From positions 1-64,000 of IMG/VR virus record IMGVR_UViG_3300043570_001980: a DNA stretch of 64,000 nucleotides; one strand, 5' to 3'. Position numbers and translations under genes: made by a program. A model generated the notes under the pieces. The model ran no database searches, had not been told where the DNA came from, and saw nothing but the letters and a program-made list of their open reading frames with translations. Shown here piece by piece: positions 16,940 through 26,063 of this stretch. How positions within the stretch are numbered: the first letter of the stretch is position 1; each line of letters begins with the position of its first letter.

Positions 16940-16963
16940 AAAAGCCACCCTAGGGTGGCTTTT
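16940..16963. terminator. Bidirectional terminator
   Basis: AAAAGCCACCC-TA-GGGTGGCTTTT between convergent genes. Confidence 0.9.
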
Positions 16964-17142
16964 ATGTTTGCTCATGCAGTTGTTTATACTTCATAAGGGC
17001 TAGATTCCTAGCCAACCATAATCTAAATTTTACGTAATCAGATAGTTCATTGTCGTGTACTAATTGTCCAAACTCCAAACTCCTCCGATTACGTCCAAAT
17101 GTAACTTCATCATCAACGACGACAAAGTCACTATCGTCTAGA
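16962..17142 (-). CDS. Probable small protein (start unclear)
   Basis: Open frame LDDSDFVVVDDEVTFGRNRRSLEFG...; no nearby ATG. Confidence 0.35.
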
Positions 17143-17355
17143 TTATTTTGCGGCTTTTGCGTCTGCTTTAGGTGCGTCTTTCTTCGCAGGCTCACTTTTG
17201 GCAGGCGTTGCTGGTGTTGCAGTAACAGCAGGCTTGGCTGCCGGGGCAGTAACAGCAGGCTTGGCATCAGCTTTCTTTTCTTCTTTCTTGGCAGGTTCTG
17301 CGGCGAAAGCGGTAACAGCAAATGCTGAAGCGATTAATGTTGCGACTAATTTCAT
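17143..17355 (-). CDS. Secreted Ala/Lys/Pro-rich peptide
   Basis: Signal MKLVATLIASAFAVTAFA then AEPAKKEEKK...; AKPAVTA repeat. Confidence 0.8.
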   Translation of the reverse strand: MKLVATLIASAFAVTAFAAEPAKKEEKKADAKPAVTAPAAKPAVTATPATPAKSEPAKKDAPKADAKAAK

Positions 17356-17463
17356 GGTAAGTTTCCTTTAAAGTTAAAATATACAGAATTATCTCTGTAT
17401 AATATAATAACGCCTGTGCTCACAAGATCGTTGACACAAAATGGGTAAATTTTCATTAAATTT

Positions 17464-17518
17464 TGTTGTTTTTTTACAACAAATTTTGGTTGACCAATAA
17501 TTACCATTTTGCTATAAT
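17464..17518 (+). promoter_or_regulatory. Early promoter with TGTTG-N8-CAACA
   Basis: Palindrome 17464-17481; TTGACC(17490)-N17-TATAAT(17513). Confidence 0.85.
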
Positions 17519-17524
17519 AATAAC

Positions 17525-17758
17525 ATGAAATTAGATACTAACGAAATACTACAATGGGCAGGTGCCGTGTTTATAGTAGCAGGGCACAGTTTAAACGCCG
17601 TCGGACCCGAGGCTTATCCCTACAATATCCTTACATTTTTTATAGGAACCATACTGTTTCTAGCATGGACTGTGCGTGTTGTAAATAAACCACAGATGTT
17701 TGTAAATCTTGTAAGTGTAGCAATTGGTTTTTCTGGGCTGGTAAAAGCATACAGTTGA
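17525..17758 (+). CDS. Small 3-TM membrane protein
   Basis: 77 aa hydrophobic; ATG at predicted +1. Confidence 0.75.
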   Translation: MKLDTNEILQWAGAVFIVAGHSLNAVGPEAYPYNILTFFIGTILFLAWTVRVVNKPQMFVNLVSVAIGFSGLVKAYS

Positions 17759-17783
17759 CCAATAATTGCCAATTTGCTATAAT
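17755..17783 (+). promoter_or_regulatory. Early sigma70 promoter
   Basis: TTGACC-N17-TATAAT. Confidence 0.85.
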
Positions 17784-17789
17784 ACGAGT

Positions 17790-17915
17790 ATGAAAACAAA
17801 AAAGGAACCAAAGATGCCAAAACAAAAAAAGAAAACCCTGGGTGAACTTTTACGTAAGAAGTTGGGACTCAAACCAACCCTGAATCAGTTATTGATAAAA
17901 CGGTTGACCAAATAA
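17790..17915 (+). CDS. 41-aa basic peptide
   Basis: MKTKKEPKMPKQKKKTLGELLRKKLGLKPTLNQLLIKRLTK*. Confidence 0.45.
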   Translation: MKTKKEPKMPKQKKKTLGELLRKKLGLKPTLNQLLIKRLTK

Positions 17916-17932
17916 TCCCAATTTGCTATAAT
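17904..17932 (+). promoter_or_regulatory. Early sigma70 promoter
   Basis: TTGACC-N17-TATAAT. Confidence 0.85.
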
Positions 17933-17962
17933 ACTTGTATAGTAATTAAAAAGGAGCCACAA

Positions 17963-18340
17963 ATGACTACAGAACTTAAATCGTGGGACGAGATGTCGGA
18001 TTTGGAACAAGCCCAATGCACATTTTGGGACATGTACAAGGATGCCTACGGCTTTCGTCCCCGTGGTATTGATACATCCGCTTGGACTCTTGACGATTTT
18101 ACATCTGAGTTTGTGGTCCTGGGTCAAGCCATTGAGCGTGAAGAAACTGCTCGCAAGGCCGCTGAAGCTGAGGCTATCGACAAGTTTGAGCGTCATGTGG
18201 TCAATACCATCTGTATGGGTGCTGGCAACCGTGAGACAGCACTTCGTTGGATCATGGATGCCTCTAACGCCAATGGCGACTGGGAATACCTGTGCTACGA
18301 TCTGGGTTTGCCCTACCAATACTTTCGCAAAGTGGCTTAA
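17963..18340 (+). CDS. Hypothetical early protein
   Basis: 125 aa; AAAGGAG SD. Confidence 0.8.
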   Translation: MTTELKSWDEMSDLEQAQCTFWDMYKDAYGFRPRGIDTSAWTLDDFTSEFVVLGQAIEREETARKAAEAEAIDKFERHVVNTICMGAGNRETALRWIMDASNANGDWEYLCYDLGLPYQYFRKVA

Positions 18341-18352
18341 GGTGTTGTCAGC

Positions 18353-18559
18353 ATGAATATCTCAAGAGCGGAACAAAGTGCTATAAAGTACAATACCGAA
18401 CAGTATCGGTTGGATCAGGCTCGTTTGGAAAAGCAACGGGAACAAGATTACAGTAAAAAAATTGAACAACGACGACTTGACCAAATCATTGCAGAGCGAG
18501 TAAGTAGAAACCTTCGTTTAGATTTAGACAAAGGTCGTAATATTGATATTGAATGTTAA
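18353..18559 (+). CDS. Hypothetical charged helical protein
   Basis: 68 aa in operon. Confidence 0.65.
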   Translation: MNISRAEQSAIKYNTEQYRLDQARLEKQREQDYSKKIEQRRLDQIIAERVSRNLRLDLDKGRNIDIEC

Positions 18560-18569
18560 GGAAACAACC

Positions 18570-18863
18570 ATGACTACCATCCAAGAAATTAATAGTGCAA
18601 TCATTGCCGGATCATTTACCAATGATGAGCTGGTTAGCATTGGTGATGCAATTAGATTTGCCCGAACCCAACTTACCCAACAAAAGAAACGAAGTGTGAC
18701 CATTGGTAGTACTGTAAAGTTTACCAGTGCCAAACGTGGAGTAACTGTTGTTGGTACTGTGGAAAAGATTGCTATCAAATACATTACAATTCGCGAATCT
18801 AATAATGGTCGATTGACCACTGGGTTGTGGAAAGTTCCTGCTAACATGTTAGAGGTGGTATGA
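18570..18863 (+). CDS. Hypothetical protein (SH3/KOW-like C-terminus)
   Basis: AAGGA SD; IGSTVKF...GTVEKIAIKYITI. Confidence 0.65.
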   Translation: MTTIQEINSAIIAGSFTNDELVSIGDAIRFARTQLTQQKKRSVTIGSTVKFTSAKRGVTVVGTVEKIAIKYITIRESNNGRLTTGLWKVPANMLEVV

Positions 18864-19018
18864 CTGCTAAACCGTTTCGTCAATGGCTCAATGATCTCTG
18901 GAGAGACAACTGCGACGAACACGACGGTTGGGGACAGCCACGTTTGACCATGAAAGAATATTTTCAAAAATACAAATATTGGCTCAAACGTGAGTATCGA
19001 CATCAGACAAAAGGATAA
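18860..19018 (+). CDS. 52-aa hypothetical protein
   Basis: MTAKPFRQWLNDLWRDNCDEH...; ATGA-coupled. Confidence 0.6.
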   Translation: MTAKPFRQWLNDLWRDNCDEHDGWGQPRLTMKEYFQKYKYWLKREYRHQTKG

Positions 19019-19022
19019 TTTT

Positions 19023-19205
19023 ATGTCAAAGCTTTTTCTCGCAATTCTATTCATTGTATTTTTGGTCGTCATTGGCCCTATTGTAACCATTTGGTCATTG
19101 AACACATTGTTTCCTGCGTTGGCTATTCCTTACTCGTTTGAGACTTGGTTGGCTATAGTAGTGATAGGTGGCGTATTCAAATCTAGTGTGACGGTGAACA
19201 AATGA
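19023..19205 (+). CDS. Small 2-TM membrane protein
   Basis: Hydrophobic, 60 aa. Confidence 0.7.
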   Translation: MSKLFLAILFIVFLVVIGPIVTIWSLNTLFPALAIPYSFETWLAIVVIGGVFKSSVTVNK

Positions 19206-19558
19206 AGGCATATCTCGAAGTGACTGAATGGGCCGACGAGTTCCCAAATCATGTTTACTTTCTAAATGATTCCAAAAGCAAAATGTATGCTTATGTACGG
19301 CATGGCACCAACTCTCCGTTCAAATTTAAAAAGCCCATTGGATTTAATGTACGTGGTCGTAAATTTGTTGAAGTGCCAAATTCATGGAAATTCCAGGCCA
19401 AAGAGGAACAACCTGAAGGTCGTGTGTGGATAGTAACGGGCAGTCGCGGAGATGAATACAAAGTGTCCGAACTCAACGGAACCTATTCTTGCACTTGTAG
19501 TGGTTTTAGATTTCGAGGCGACTGTAAACATATCAAAATGAATATCAATGCAGATTAA
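19202..19558 (+). CDS. SWIM zinc-finger protein
   Basis: CTCSGFRFRGDCKH. Confidence 0.8.
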   Translation: MKAYLEVTEWADEFPNHVYFLNDSKSKMYAYVRHGTNSPFKFKKPIGFNVRGRKFVEVPNSWKFQAKEEQPEGRVWIVTGSRGDEYKVSELNGTYSCTCSGFRFRGDCKHIKMNINAD

Positions 19559-19669
19559 TTGGCAAACTGTTTTAACTTAGTTTGCCAAACACTATTGCAT
19601 ATCTACACTAAACGTAATATAATAACACATGATGTAAAACAAAACATCATTTTATTTTAAATCTGAAAG

Positions 19670-19948
19670 GTGAAAACTGTGAAACATTTTAACGAAACTA
19701 CCAAAACTTACAAGGTCTTCCGTGCCTTACAAAGCGGTGAAACACTCAGCCCAGCTGAAGCCAAGAAACGCTTTGGCGTTGGTAACTTGGGTGCTGAAGT
19801 AAGCCGCATCCGCCAAAACGGCTTTGCTGTTTATGCCAATAGCCGCACAGCTGGCAATGGCATTCGCGTAACTGAGTACGCACTTGGCAAACCAAGTCGC
19901 AAGATTGTAGCCGCTGGTTACAAGGCTTTGGCCCTGGGTCTGGTCTAA
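19670..19948 (+). CDS. Small helix-turn-helix protein
   Basis: LSPAEAKKRFGVGNLGAEVSRIRQNG; upstream TTGCAT...TATAAT promoter-like element. Confidence 0.65.
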   Translation: MKTVKHFNETTKTYKVFRALQSGETLSPAEAKKRFGVGNLGAEVSRIRQNGFAVYANSRTAGNGIRVTEYALGKPSRKIVAAGYKALALGLV

Positions 19949-19998
19949 TCTAATTTAGACCCAAATTCGCTGTCCAGCCCAAACTGGACACATTTGCC

Positions 19999-20023
19999 AA
20001 AAGCCCTACCAAGTAGGGCTTTT
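19999..20023. terminator. Bidirectional terminator
   Basis: AAAAGCCCTAC-CAA-GTAGGGCTTTT. Confidence 0.9.
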
Positions 20024-20033
20024 GCTTGACCAA

Positions 20034-20693
20034 TTAATCAAAACTTGGAAAACCTTTAAACTCCGGGGCTTGATAATCTGGATCATAATATGGAATGATT
20101 GAAAAAGTCACAGCTCCCGGTGTAGTAGCAATCAGGTCTCGTTTGACAGCCATTACTGTTTCAATATTGTAATAGTTGAAGTTGGGGTCAATGGGCTCAT
20201 CATATTTGTAAAAGGATCCCAGTTGTCCATCATTATTGATCTTGTAGTTTGCATCCACACAACCTGAAAATGTATGCCAATCCTCACTGAATGCCAGTGG
20301 GTAATCTCCAACAATCAATCTCCATCCTGGAGCCATCTTTGCCCGCCAGGGCAATGCCATAAGGACTATTTTCCAAACATATTCTCCAGAAGAATTTTTT
20401 TCGCACCACTTGGTACCATGCAACTGCTCAGGATGAAATACCACGTGACCTCCAACATATGGGTACTTTGGATCAATAATGGTCCATCCCACACTATTAA
20501 TACCACGCAAGCCTAAACATACTCGAGCTGTGTGATTTTGCATATGACCTTGGGGTAAGTAATGTCTAACGTCAGCTTTGAGATTTTTGAACCAATCTGG
20601 GTAATAGTCACCTAATCTAAATGGTGGATCCAAAAAATTAACAGCATTAGAAGCACGTTGCCAAGTTAACCAATTAGTAGCAGAAAATTCCAT
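20034..20693 (-). CDS. Hypothetical protein
   Basis: 219 aa; TAAATA at 20701-20706 (-). Confidence 0.7.
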   Translation of the reverse strand: MEFSATNWLTWQRASNAVNFLDPPFRLGDYYPDWFKNLKADVRHYLPQGHMQNHTARVCLGLRGINSVGWTIIDPKYPYVGGHVVFHPEQLHGTKWCEKNSSGEYVWKIVLMALPWRAKMAPGWRLIVGDYPLAFSEDWHTFSGCVDANYKINNDGQLGSFYKYDEPIDPNFNYYNIETVMAVKRDLIATTPGAVTFSIIPYYDPDYQAPEFKGFPSFD

Positions 20694-20720
20694 TGTGCGA
20701 TATTTAACCTTGTACTACAC

Positions 20721-20749
20721 TTGACTAACAAATCATTTTAGTGTATAAT
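20721..20749 (+). promoter_or_regulatory. Sigma70 promoter
   Basis: TTGACT-N17-TATAAT; ATG at 20756. Confidence 0.85.
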
Positions 20750-20755
20750 TTATAT

Positions 20756-21205
20756 ATGATTAAAAAACTCATGCATCGACTAGGCCGATATCGGTTGATT
20801 CTGGATCGACAATCAAATGAACCATATCTAGAACGCTACTATGTGTTCCTTAAAGATCGTACATGGTTTCCGTTTAACATTTTTGTACATAAGTTTCTCA
20901 AAAGCGATCCCGATGATGTACATGATCATCCATGGCCTTATGCTACTGTAATTTTGAAAGGTGGATACTATGAATGGATTCCTCAGTTTAATTCAAACGG
21001 CGAAAAAATTGGCGAGATTGCAAAGTGGCGAGCTCCTGGTCATTTTAGGATTTGTAGTGCTACTAGTTATCACAGGATTGAACTAGATCCCACAGTAGAA
21101 TGTTGGACCATGTTCATGCCTGGTCCTCAAAAACGTGAATGGGGATTTTTAGTCAACAACAAATGGATACAACACGAACAATATCTTAACAATCGTGCCA
21201 AATAA
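20756..21205 (+). CDS. Cupin-fold protein
   Basis: HDHPW...LKGGYYE...YHRI metal-binding cupin pattern. Confidence 0.7.
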   Translation: MIKKLMHRLGRYRLILDRQSNEPYLERYYVFLKDRTWFPFNIFVHKFLKSDPDDVHDHPWPYATVILKGGYYEWIPQFNSNGEKIGEIAKWRAPGHFRICSATSYHRIELDPTVECWTMFMPGPQKREWGFLVNNKWIQHEQYLNNRAK

Positions 21206-21923
21206 AAACTTGCGTAAAGGTATAATTTTCCCCAGGGGCGGTTGTGGCAATCATTTGAGATGGTTGCTGTCTCTTGATGACAAATGTAACTACGCTGATA
21301 TTTTTAATATTGATATTGACAATACTGTCAGTGCCAAAATTGAATTTATTCGCAGAAAAGTTTATAACTCCGGCCGTAATCAAAAAAATTGGTTGAAAAA
21401 AGAATTTTTACATAGAGAAAAATTAGATTCTTTTATGCAGATATTACACACACATGATTGGCCGACCTATGATTATGATAAGCTATTGATATTGGATTTT
21501 GACAATGAAAAAAGTTGTTTAGCACACTACTTGAATGTTCATCCAACACTGGGTGGTAGACCAGTGCAACAATACATAGATGATTTCAATGCCTTTAAAT
21601 CCAGCATTCAAGGCAACGACTGGAGAGAATTCTATCAAGGAATCAAAGAAGAAAACTGGCCCTGGTATGACTCTGCTAAAGAATTTTATGAAACAGCACC
21701 CACAACAGTAATCGCAGAAGCAGTAGAAGTTCATAATTTAGTAAAACATGTTCGTCCTGTACCTGACGAATATTGTGTTGTGAACGCAGAGTCTTTGCAT
21801 AATATTGATTTAAATAAAGATCTATACACAAAATGTACTGAGTACTTTGAATTTGAAGAACACTACGAGTCTGCCGCAGAGATTCACAAGTTGTATTGGG
21901 ATTGTAGAAAGCGTATGGGATAA
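21195..21923 (+). CDS. Hypothetical protein (sulfotransferase-like N-terminal loop)
   Basis: FPRGGCGNHLRWLL. Confidence 0.6.
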   Translation: MPNKNLRKGIIFPRGGCGNHLRWLLSLDDKCNYADIFNIDIDNTVSAKIEFIRRKVYNSGRNQKNWLKKEFLHREKLDSFMQILHTHDWPTYDYDKLLILDFDNEKSCLAHYLNVHPTLGGRPVQQYIDDFNAFKSSIQGNDWREFYQGIKEENWPWYDSAKEFYETAPTTVIAEAVEVHNLVKHVRPVPDEYCVVNAESLHNIDLNKDLYTKCTEYFEFEEHYESAAEIHKLYWDCRKRMG

Positions 21924-21927
21924 AATA

Positions 21928-22251
21928 ATGGAATTGAACGATTTTTTATTAGGCACATTATTTGGAATTATTGTTTGCATGTGGCTGGGATATATTGTGT
22001 TGGGCCGACTTGCAGACATGCTAATTAATGCAAACAGTCAAGAAACTCGTGAAGCGTCAGAGTTAGTTATTAGAGCACGAATAGAAGAAGTTGGTGGCAT
22101 GTTTTACGTTTGGAATACAGACAACAATGAATTTGTAGTGCAAGGACGATCAGTTAAAGAGATGCAGGACAAACTGTCAAATAAACAATTACAAATTAAG
22201 ATCACTGACGGTGATGACGCTGTTATTCAGCGATTTAAGTCTACTGGTTGA
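21928..22251 (+). CDS. Hypothetical protein with N-terminal TM
   Basis: 107 aa. Confidence 0.65.
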   Translation: MELNDFLLGTLFGIIVCMWLGYIVLGRLADMLINANSQETREASELVIRARIEEVGGMFYVWNTDNNEFVVQGRSVKEMQDKLSNKQLQIKITDGDDAVIQRFKSTG

Positions 22252-22259
22252 TCTGACAA

Positions 22260-22433
22260 ATGATGGTGTTCGATTCCTGGAAACTACTGGAAATTTCCAA
22301 TTGGTTATCTAGTATTGGGTTTGAAACTGGTCAAGATTATTGTTGGGCTTGGTACAACAATTCCTGGGCTATTAAATTTAAAGATACAAAAAAGGAAATG
22401 GTAGCAATGTTAAAGTGGAAAGAAATGAAATGA
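22260..22433 (+). CDS. 57-aa protein of the ...LKW family
   Basis: MMVFDSWKLLEISNWL...WAIKFKDTKKEMVAMLKWKEMK*. Confidence 0.55.
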   Translation: MMVFDSWKLLEISNWLSSIGFETGQDYCWAWYNNSWAIKFKDTKKEMVAMLKWKEMK

Positions 22434-23170
22434 AAGTTTATCTCAGCGGATATCGAGATCACTGGATCTCACCTTACACCATGTTGGATTATGCATTCTT
22501 CTGGACTGACTGGTCCAAGTGTGCTCGCTGGAAACTTTTGCAGACTCTACAAGATGACCTTGAGGCAGTCAAGGCCGGTGGTAAGAGTTCCTATGTAGAA
22601 CGTCCTGAGTGGTGCGAGAAGTGGAGTGACCGATTGGAACCTGTCAGCAGAGCAATCCAGTGGGTGTTAGATCGTGTGCATCCAAAGATTGAATACGTTA
22701 AGATTGATCGCTACGATACCTGGAGCATGGATCACACATTGGCTCACATTGTGTTGCCCATGCTTAAACAGCTCAAAGCAACCAAACATGGTAGCCCGCT
22801 AGTGGAAGATGAGGATGTGCCTGAACACCTACGTAGCACCACCGCACCGCCTAAAGAAAATGAGTGGGACATAGATGATAATCACTTCCGGCGTTGGGAT
22901 TGGGTCATGGATGAAATGATCTTTGCATTTGAGTGCAAGATAGACGACTCATGGCAAGATGCTTTTCGTTCAGGTGAAATTGATTGGATTAGTGTTCCTG
23001 TAGACAAGGACGGAAACGAAGTGCCCAAAGGTGAACACCGGTACTTTCAAATGAAAGATGGTCCCAATAACACCTACCAATGTGACTATGAAGCCATGAA
23101 GATAGTAGAAGCACGTATTCAAAACGGTTTCCGTTTGTTTGGCAAGTACTACCAGGGTCTGTGGGATTAA
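22430..23170 (+). CDS. Hypothetical Trp-rich protein
   Basis: ATGA-coupled; 246 aa. Confidence 0.75.
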   Translation: MKVYLSGYRDHWISPYTMLDYAFFWTDWSKCARWKLLQTLQDDLEAVKAGGKSSYVERPEWCEKWSDRLEPVSRAIQWVLDRVHPKIEYVKIDRYDTWSMDHTLAHIVLPMLKQLKATKHGSPLVEDEDVPEHLRSTTAPPKENEWDIDDNHFRRWDWVMDEMIFAFECKIDDSWQDAFRSGEIDWISVPVDKDGNEVPKGEHRYFQMKDGPNNTYQCDYEAMKIVEARIQNGFRLFGKYYQGLWD

Positions 23171-23640
23171 TGGGAGACCAGCCAAACTCTGCCAAAGGTC
23201 GAACCAGTTTTGATGTTGCCACAGGCAACACACTGATTCATTTCTTTAATAGGAACGTAACTCCTTACGCAACTGAATCTGGTGGACCTAAATTTGATCT
23301 GGTACCAGTTACCAAACAAAAAGATATAATGATCAATCATGCCAGGATCTATGCCCAGCAAGAATATGATCGTATTATGGAACTGGTTGCAGTATTGGAA
23401 AAACAAGCACAGGATATCAAACGTAGACTAGATGTTACAGATGCTGTGCATGCGGCCGAATATCAATTTCAAGTTGTAATGGGACAATGTTATTGGTTGG
23501 CCTGGGATAAACGAAAAGAAAAGATGTTGCTAACACATCACGGCCCTAATGATTGGAATACCGGTGCACCAGTTGATTATGAGTATATAACTCAAGTAAA
23601 ATACATGGGTGACCATACCTGGATGGAAATTGACAAATAA
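23170..23640 (+). CDS. Hypothetical protein (DUF2452-like)
   Basis: TPYATESGGPKF...coiled coil...FQVVMGQCYWL. Tentative. Confidence 0.6.
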   Translation: MGDQPNSAKGRTSFDVATGNTLIHFFNRNVTPYATESGGPKFDLVPVTKQKDIMINHARIYAQQEYDRIMELVAVLEKQAQDIKRRLDVTDAVHAAEYQFQVVMGQCYWLAWDKRKEKMLLTHHGPNDWNTGAPVDYEYITQVKYMGDHTWMEIDK

Positions 23641-23658
23641 TACAACTTGTGCTATAAT
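23630..23658 (+). promoter_or_regulatory. Sigma70 promoter
   Basis: TTGACA-N17-TATAAT. Confidence 0.85.
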
Positions 23659-23660
23659 GA

Positions 23661-24404
23661 ATGACTGCAACTATGACTGATTTGATATTGGAAAATACTA
23701 TGAATCTCTCTGAAAATAATGCGTTAACCACACTTGAATCTCTGCTTAATCCAATCCTGCCCTGTGTATCTTTTAAAGACGACCCAATTGCACTATCTTG
23801 TGCCAGCTATCGACATTGGTTGAGTCACCCAGGCACACGCTGGCTTGATCTTGATGCTGTAACTGTCACTGACGAGGACCGTACCACAGCCAGTAAAATT
23901 AGAGAATACTACAGAGGTCGTATCACTTGGAGCCAACTCAAGTATGGCGGGACTCTAAGCGATTTTCGTTCCAAACTTGGAAAATTAGTCTGCGGTGATT
24001 TAAATATTACTAAAAACGAACTTGGCCTGATTTACCGGCTTCCTTATTTTTATGCCGAGGATTGTGCCATGGATCGTGTAATAGAACAAACTTCTGATGA
24101 TGTAACCAAGAATAAAATTATTGGAATAAATCTTGACAAGATAGATGGAACCTATCGATTGATTGAGCGTATCTTCAAGAGTCGTCGATCCAGGGAGTCA
24201 GTGGATTTTTGGCTCATGTCAGACCTTTGTAGATCTCCTTGCTTGATATCAGTAGATCATCAGAATCCATTGTTGTCCATGCTTACTGGTGTGTTGGCGC
24301 AAGATAATATACGTCTACGATCTTATTTGTTTCCCAAGCAACATCGTGGATACCATCGAGCACGTGCCTACTACCAACTTGGTAACGCTGAGGTGATCTT
24401 TTGA
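23661..24404 (+). CDS. Hypothetical protein
   Basis: 247 aa; start uncertain. Confidence 0.7.
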   Translation: MTATMTDLILENTMNLSENNALTTLESLLNPILPCVSFKDDPIALSCASYRHWLSHPGTRWLDLDAVTVTDEDRTTASKIREYYRGRITWSQLKYGGTLSDFRSKLGKLVCGDLNITKNELGLIYRLPYFYAEDCAMDRVIEQTSDDVTKNKIIGINLDKIDGTYRLIERIFKSRRSRESVDFWLMSDLCRSPCLISVDHQNPLLSMLTGVLAQDNIRLRSYLFPKQHRGYHRARAYYQLGNAEVIF

Positions 24405-24649
24405 CTGTTAAACAACCGTGGTTTCAACCACTGATCAAAGACATCAATCCAGTGATTCGAGAAACGTTTCTAGAATTACAACAATACGAGCAATTTAAAA
24501 AAGAATATACATTTGAGTCTTTGAAATATGGAACAAGATTAGGGCAGTCGTTCTGCAATCATTTTAACATAACAGATCATGTATTGTTTTACAAACCCTC
24601 CGCAGAAAGTGCAGACCGATATATTCACAAGAACTATATAAAGGTCTAA
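24401..24649 (+). CDS. Hypothetical protein
   Basis: 82 aa; RLGQSFCNHF; TTG start overlapping the upstream stop. Confidence 0.6.
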   Translation: MTVKQPWFQPLIKDINPVIRETFLELQQYEQFKKEYTFESLKYGTRLGQSFCNHFNITDHVLFYKPSAESADRYIHKNYIKV

Positions 24650-24906
24650 TGGGCACAATACAACTTACCCCTGTTCCGGAATACGAATCCTATGTCAGCA
24701 GGGCCGGCGACACCTTTCCTTATGTCAAGGAAATTTCCAAACCACACGGCGCAATTGATGATATAATTTCTTGGTCCAAATCAGAGTTAATTGATGAGTG
24801 GCGCTGGCAATTGGTAGAGGTAAGCTCGGATCAGCGCCCGGGACGTTATCGATTTTATTTTGATTCTGACAGAGATTGCTGTGCGTTTCTGTTAAAATGG
24901 GCATAG
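24649..24906 (+). CDS. Small protein of the ...FLLKW family
   Basis: Ends RFYFDSDRDCCAFLLKWA. Confidence 0.7.
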   Translation: MGTIQLTPVPEYESYVSRAGDTFPYVKEISKPHGAIDDIISWSKSELIDEWRWQLVEVSSDQRPGRYRFYFDSDRDCCAFLLKWA

Positions 24907-24918
24907 TTATCAAATTAG

Positions 24919-24947
24919 TTGACAAGATAAAGTATAGTTTATATAAT
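24919..24947 (+). promoter_or_regulatory. Sigma70 promoter
   Basis: TTGACA-N17-TATAAT, about 120 nt leader before the cell wall hydrolase gene. Confidence 0.8.
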
Positions 24948-25070
24948 ACATAGATCCCATATATAAACTTACGTCCTCGGAAATTTAGAGTATGGAAAAT
25001 CAAGAGCTTTTGTATATTTTCAGGCTCTTGGTGCACAGGCAACTGCGCACTATAACCAAAGGAGAAACCA

Positions 25071-25631
25071 ATGACAAAATATATCAAAATGACAGTTAAT
25101 TTGTCAATATTTTTGATAATTGCCTTGTTCGGCATAGCAGTAGTTAATACAGTGGTCCAAAACAAACTTGATAGCTTGGCCACTGTTGATTTTGAAAATG
25201 TAGGTTCGATCGGAGCCTACAAAACAGCTCTCAAAGAGAAAGAGCGCAAGTTACAATGTATGACTCAAAATGTCTACTGGGAAGCCGCAGGCGAACCAGC
25301 AGAAGGAAAGCTGGCAGTAGCACAGGTGGTCATGAATCGTGTGGAAAGCGGAAAATTTCCCAATGATCCGTGTCAAGTGGTTCACCAAAAGAACGTGATT
25401 TATGAACGGGTGCTTTGCCAATTCTCATGGTACTGTGAACAGAATTTCAAAACCAAACCTGTTCACAAAAAGCTATGGGACGAGAGTGCTGAAGCCGCCA
25501 AGATGGTCATGGTTGATGGATTCCGACTGCCTGAACTTAAAGATGCACTTTACTATCATGCAGACTATGTGAATCCGCAGTGGAACAAGAAACAAGTGGC
25601 CAAGATTGGCCGACATATTTTTTACAAGTGA
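25071..25631 (+). CDS. Cell wall hydrolase (SleB/Hydrolase_2)
   Basis: N-terminal TM; CMTQNVYWEAAGE...LAVAQVVMNRV...CQFSW...ALYYHADYVNPQW...IGRHIFY. Confidence 0.92.
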   Translation: MTKYIKMTVNLSIFLIIALFGIAVVNTVVQNKLDSLATVDFENVGSIGAYKTALKEKERKLQCMTQNVYWEAAGEPAEGKLAVAQVVMNRVESGKFPNDPCQVVHQKNVIYERVLCQFSWYCEQNFKTKPVHKKLWDESAEAAKMVMVDGFRLPELKDALYYHADYVNPQWNKKQVAKIGRHIFYK

Positions 25632-25638
25632 GATCTAA

Positions 25639-25944
25639 ATGAAAAACTTTGATATTGAAAAAACTGTTGCATGGTTACAAGAATGGATTGCTCCAATCTC
25701 GGCAGCCACACTAAGTTGGTTGGCAGTTGTGCTATTACACTCAGCCACATTACCAACACTGATTGCAGTTTTAACTGGACTCAGTGATCGAATGCCCAGT
25801 GTAGACATGGTCCTATTGACCTGGGCAGGACTCACTGCTATGTTTGCACAGGCAGTGGTACAACGTAACTTCCTTAATATTGTGACCATTGCACTTGGGT
25901 TTATTATCCAAAGTAGCCTGATGGTCTTGATCTTTTTTAAGTAA
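25639..25944 (+). CDS. Multi-TM membrane protein
   Basis: 101 aa, 3 hydrophobic segments, directly after the hydrolase gene. Confidence 0.75.
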   Translation: MKNFDIEKTVAWLQEWIAPISAATLSWLAVVLLHSATLPTLIAVLTGLSDRMPSVDMVLLTWAGLTAMFAQAVVQRNFLNIVTIALGFIIQSSLMVLIFFK

Positions 25945-25955
25945 AAAGTACTAGG

Positions 25956-25984
25956 TTGACAAATATCTAACAGTTTGTTATACT
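25956..25984 (+). promoter_or_regulatory. Sigma70 promoter
   Basis: TTGACA-N17-TATACT. Confidence 0.8.
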
Positions 25985-26063
25985 AACACTTGAACGGTAT
26001 CAAACAGATCGAGCATGGTGCTTGTAACGATGATACTTTCATTAACACCGAAAGAAAGATACT

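Noticed and set aside
22268-22277. GTTCGATTCC resembling a tRNA T-loop
   Set aside because: Flanks do not form a T-stem or cloverleaf, and it lies inside a plausible 57-aa ORF.
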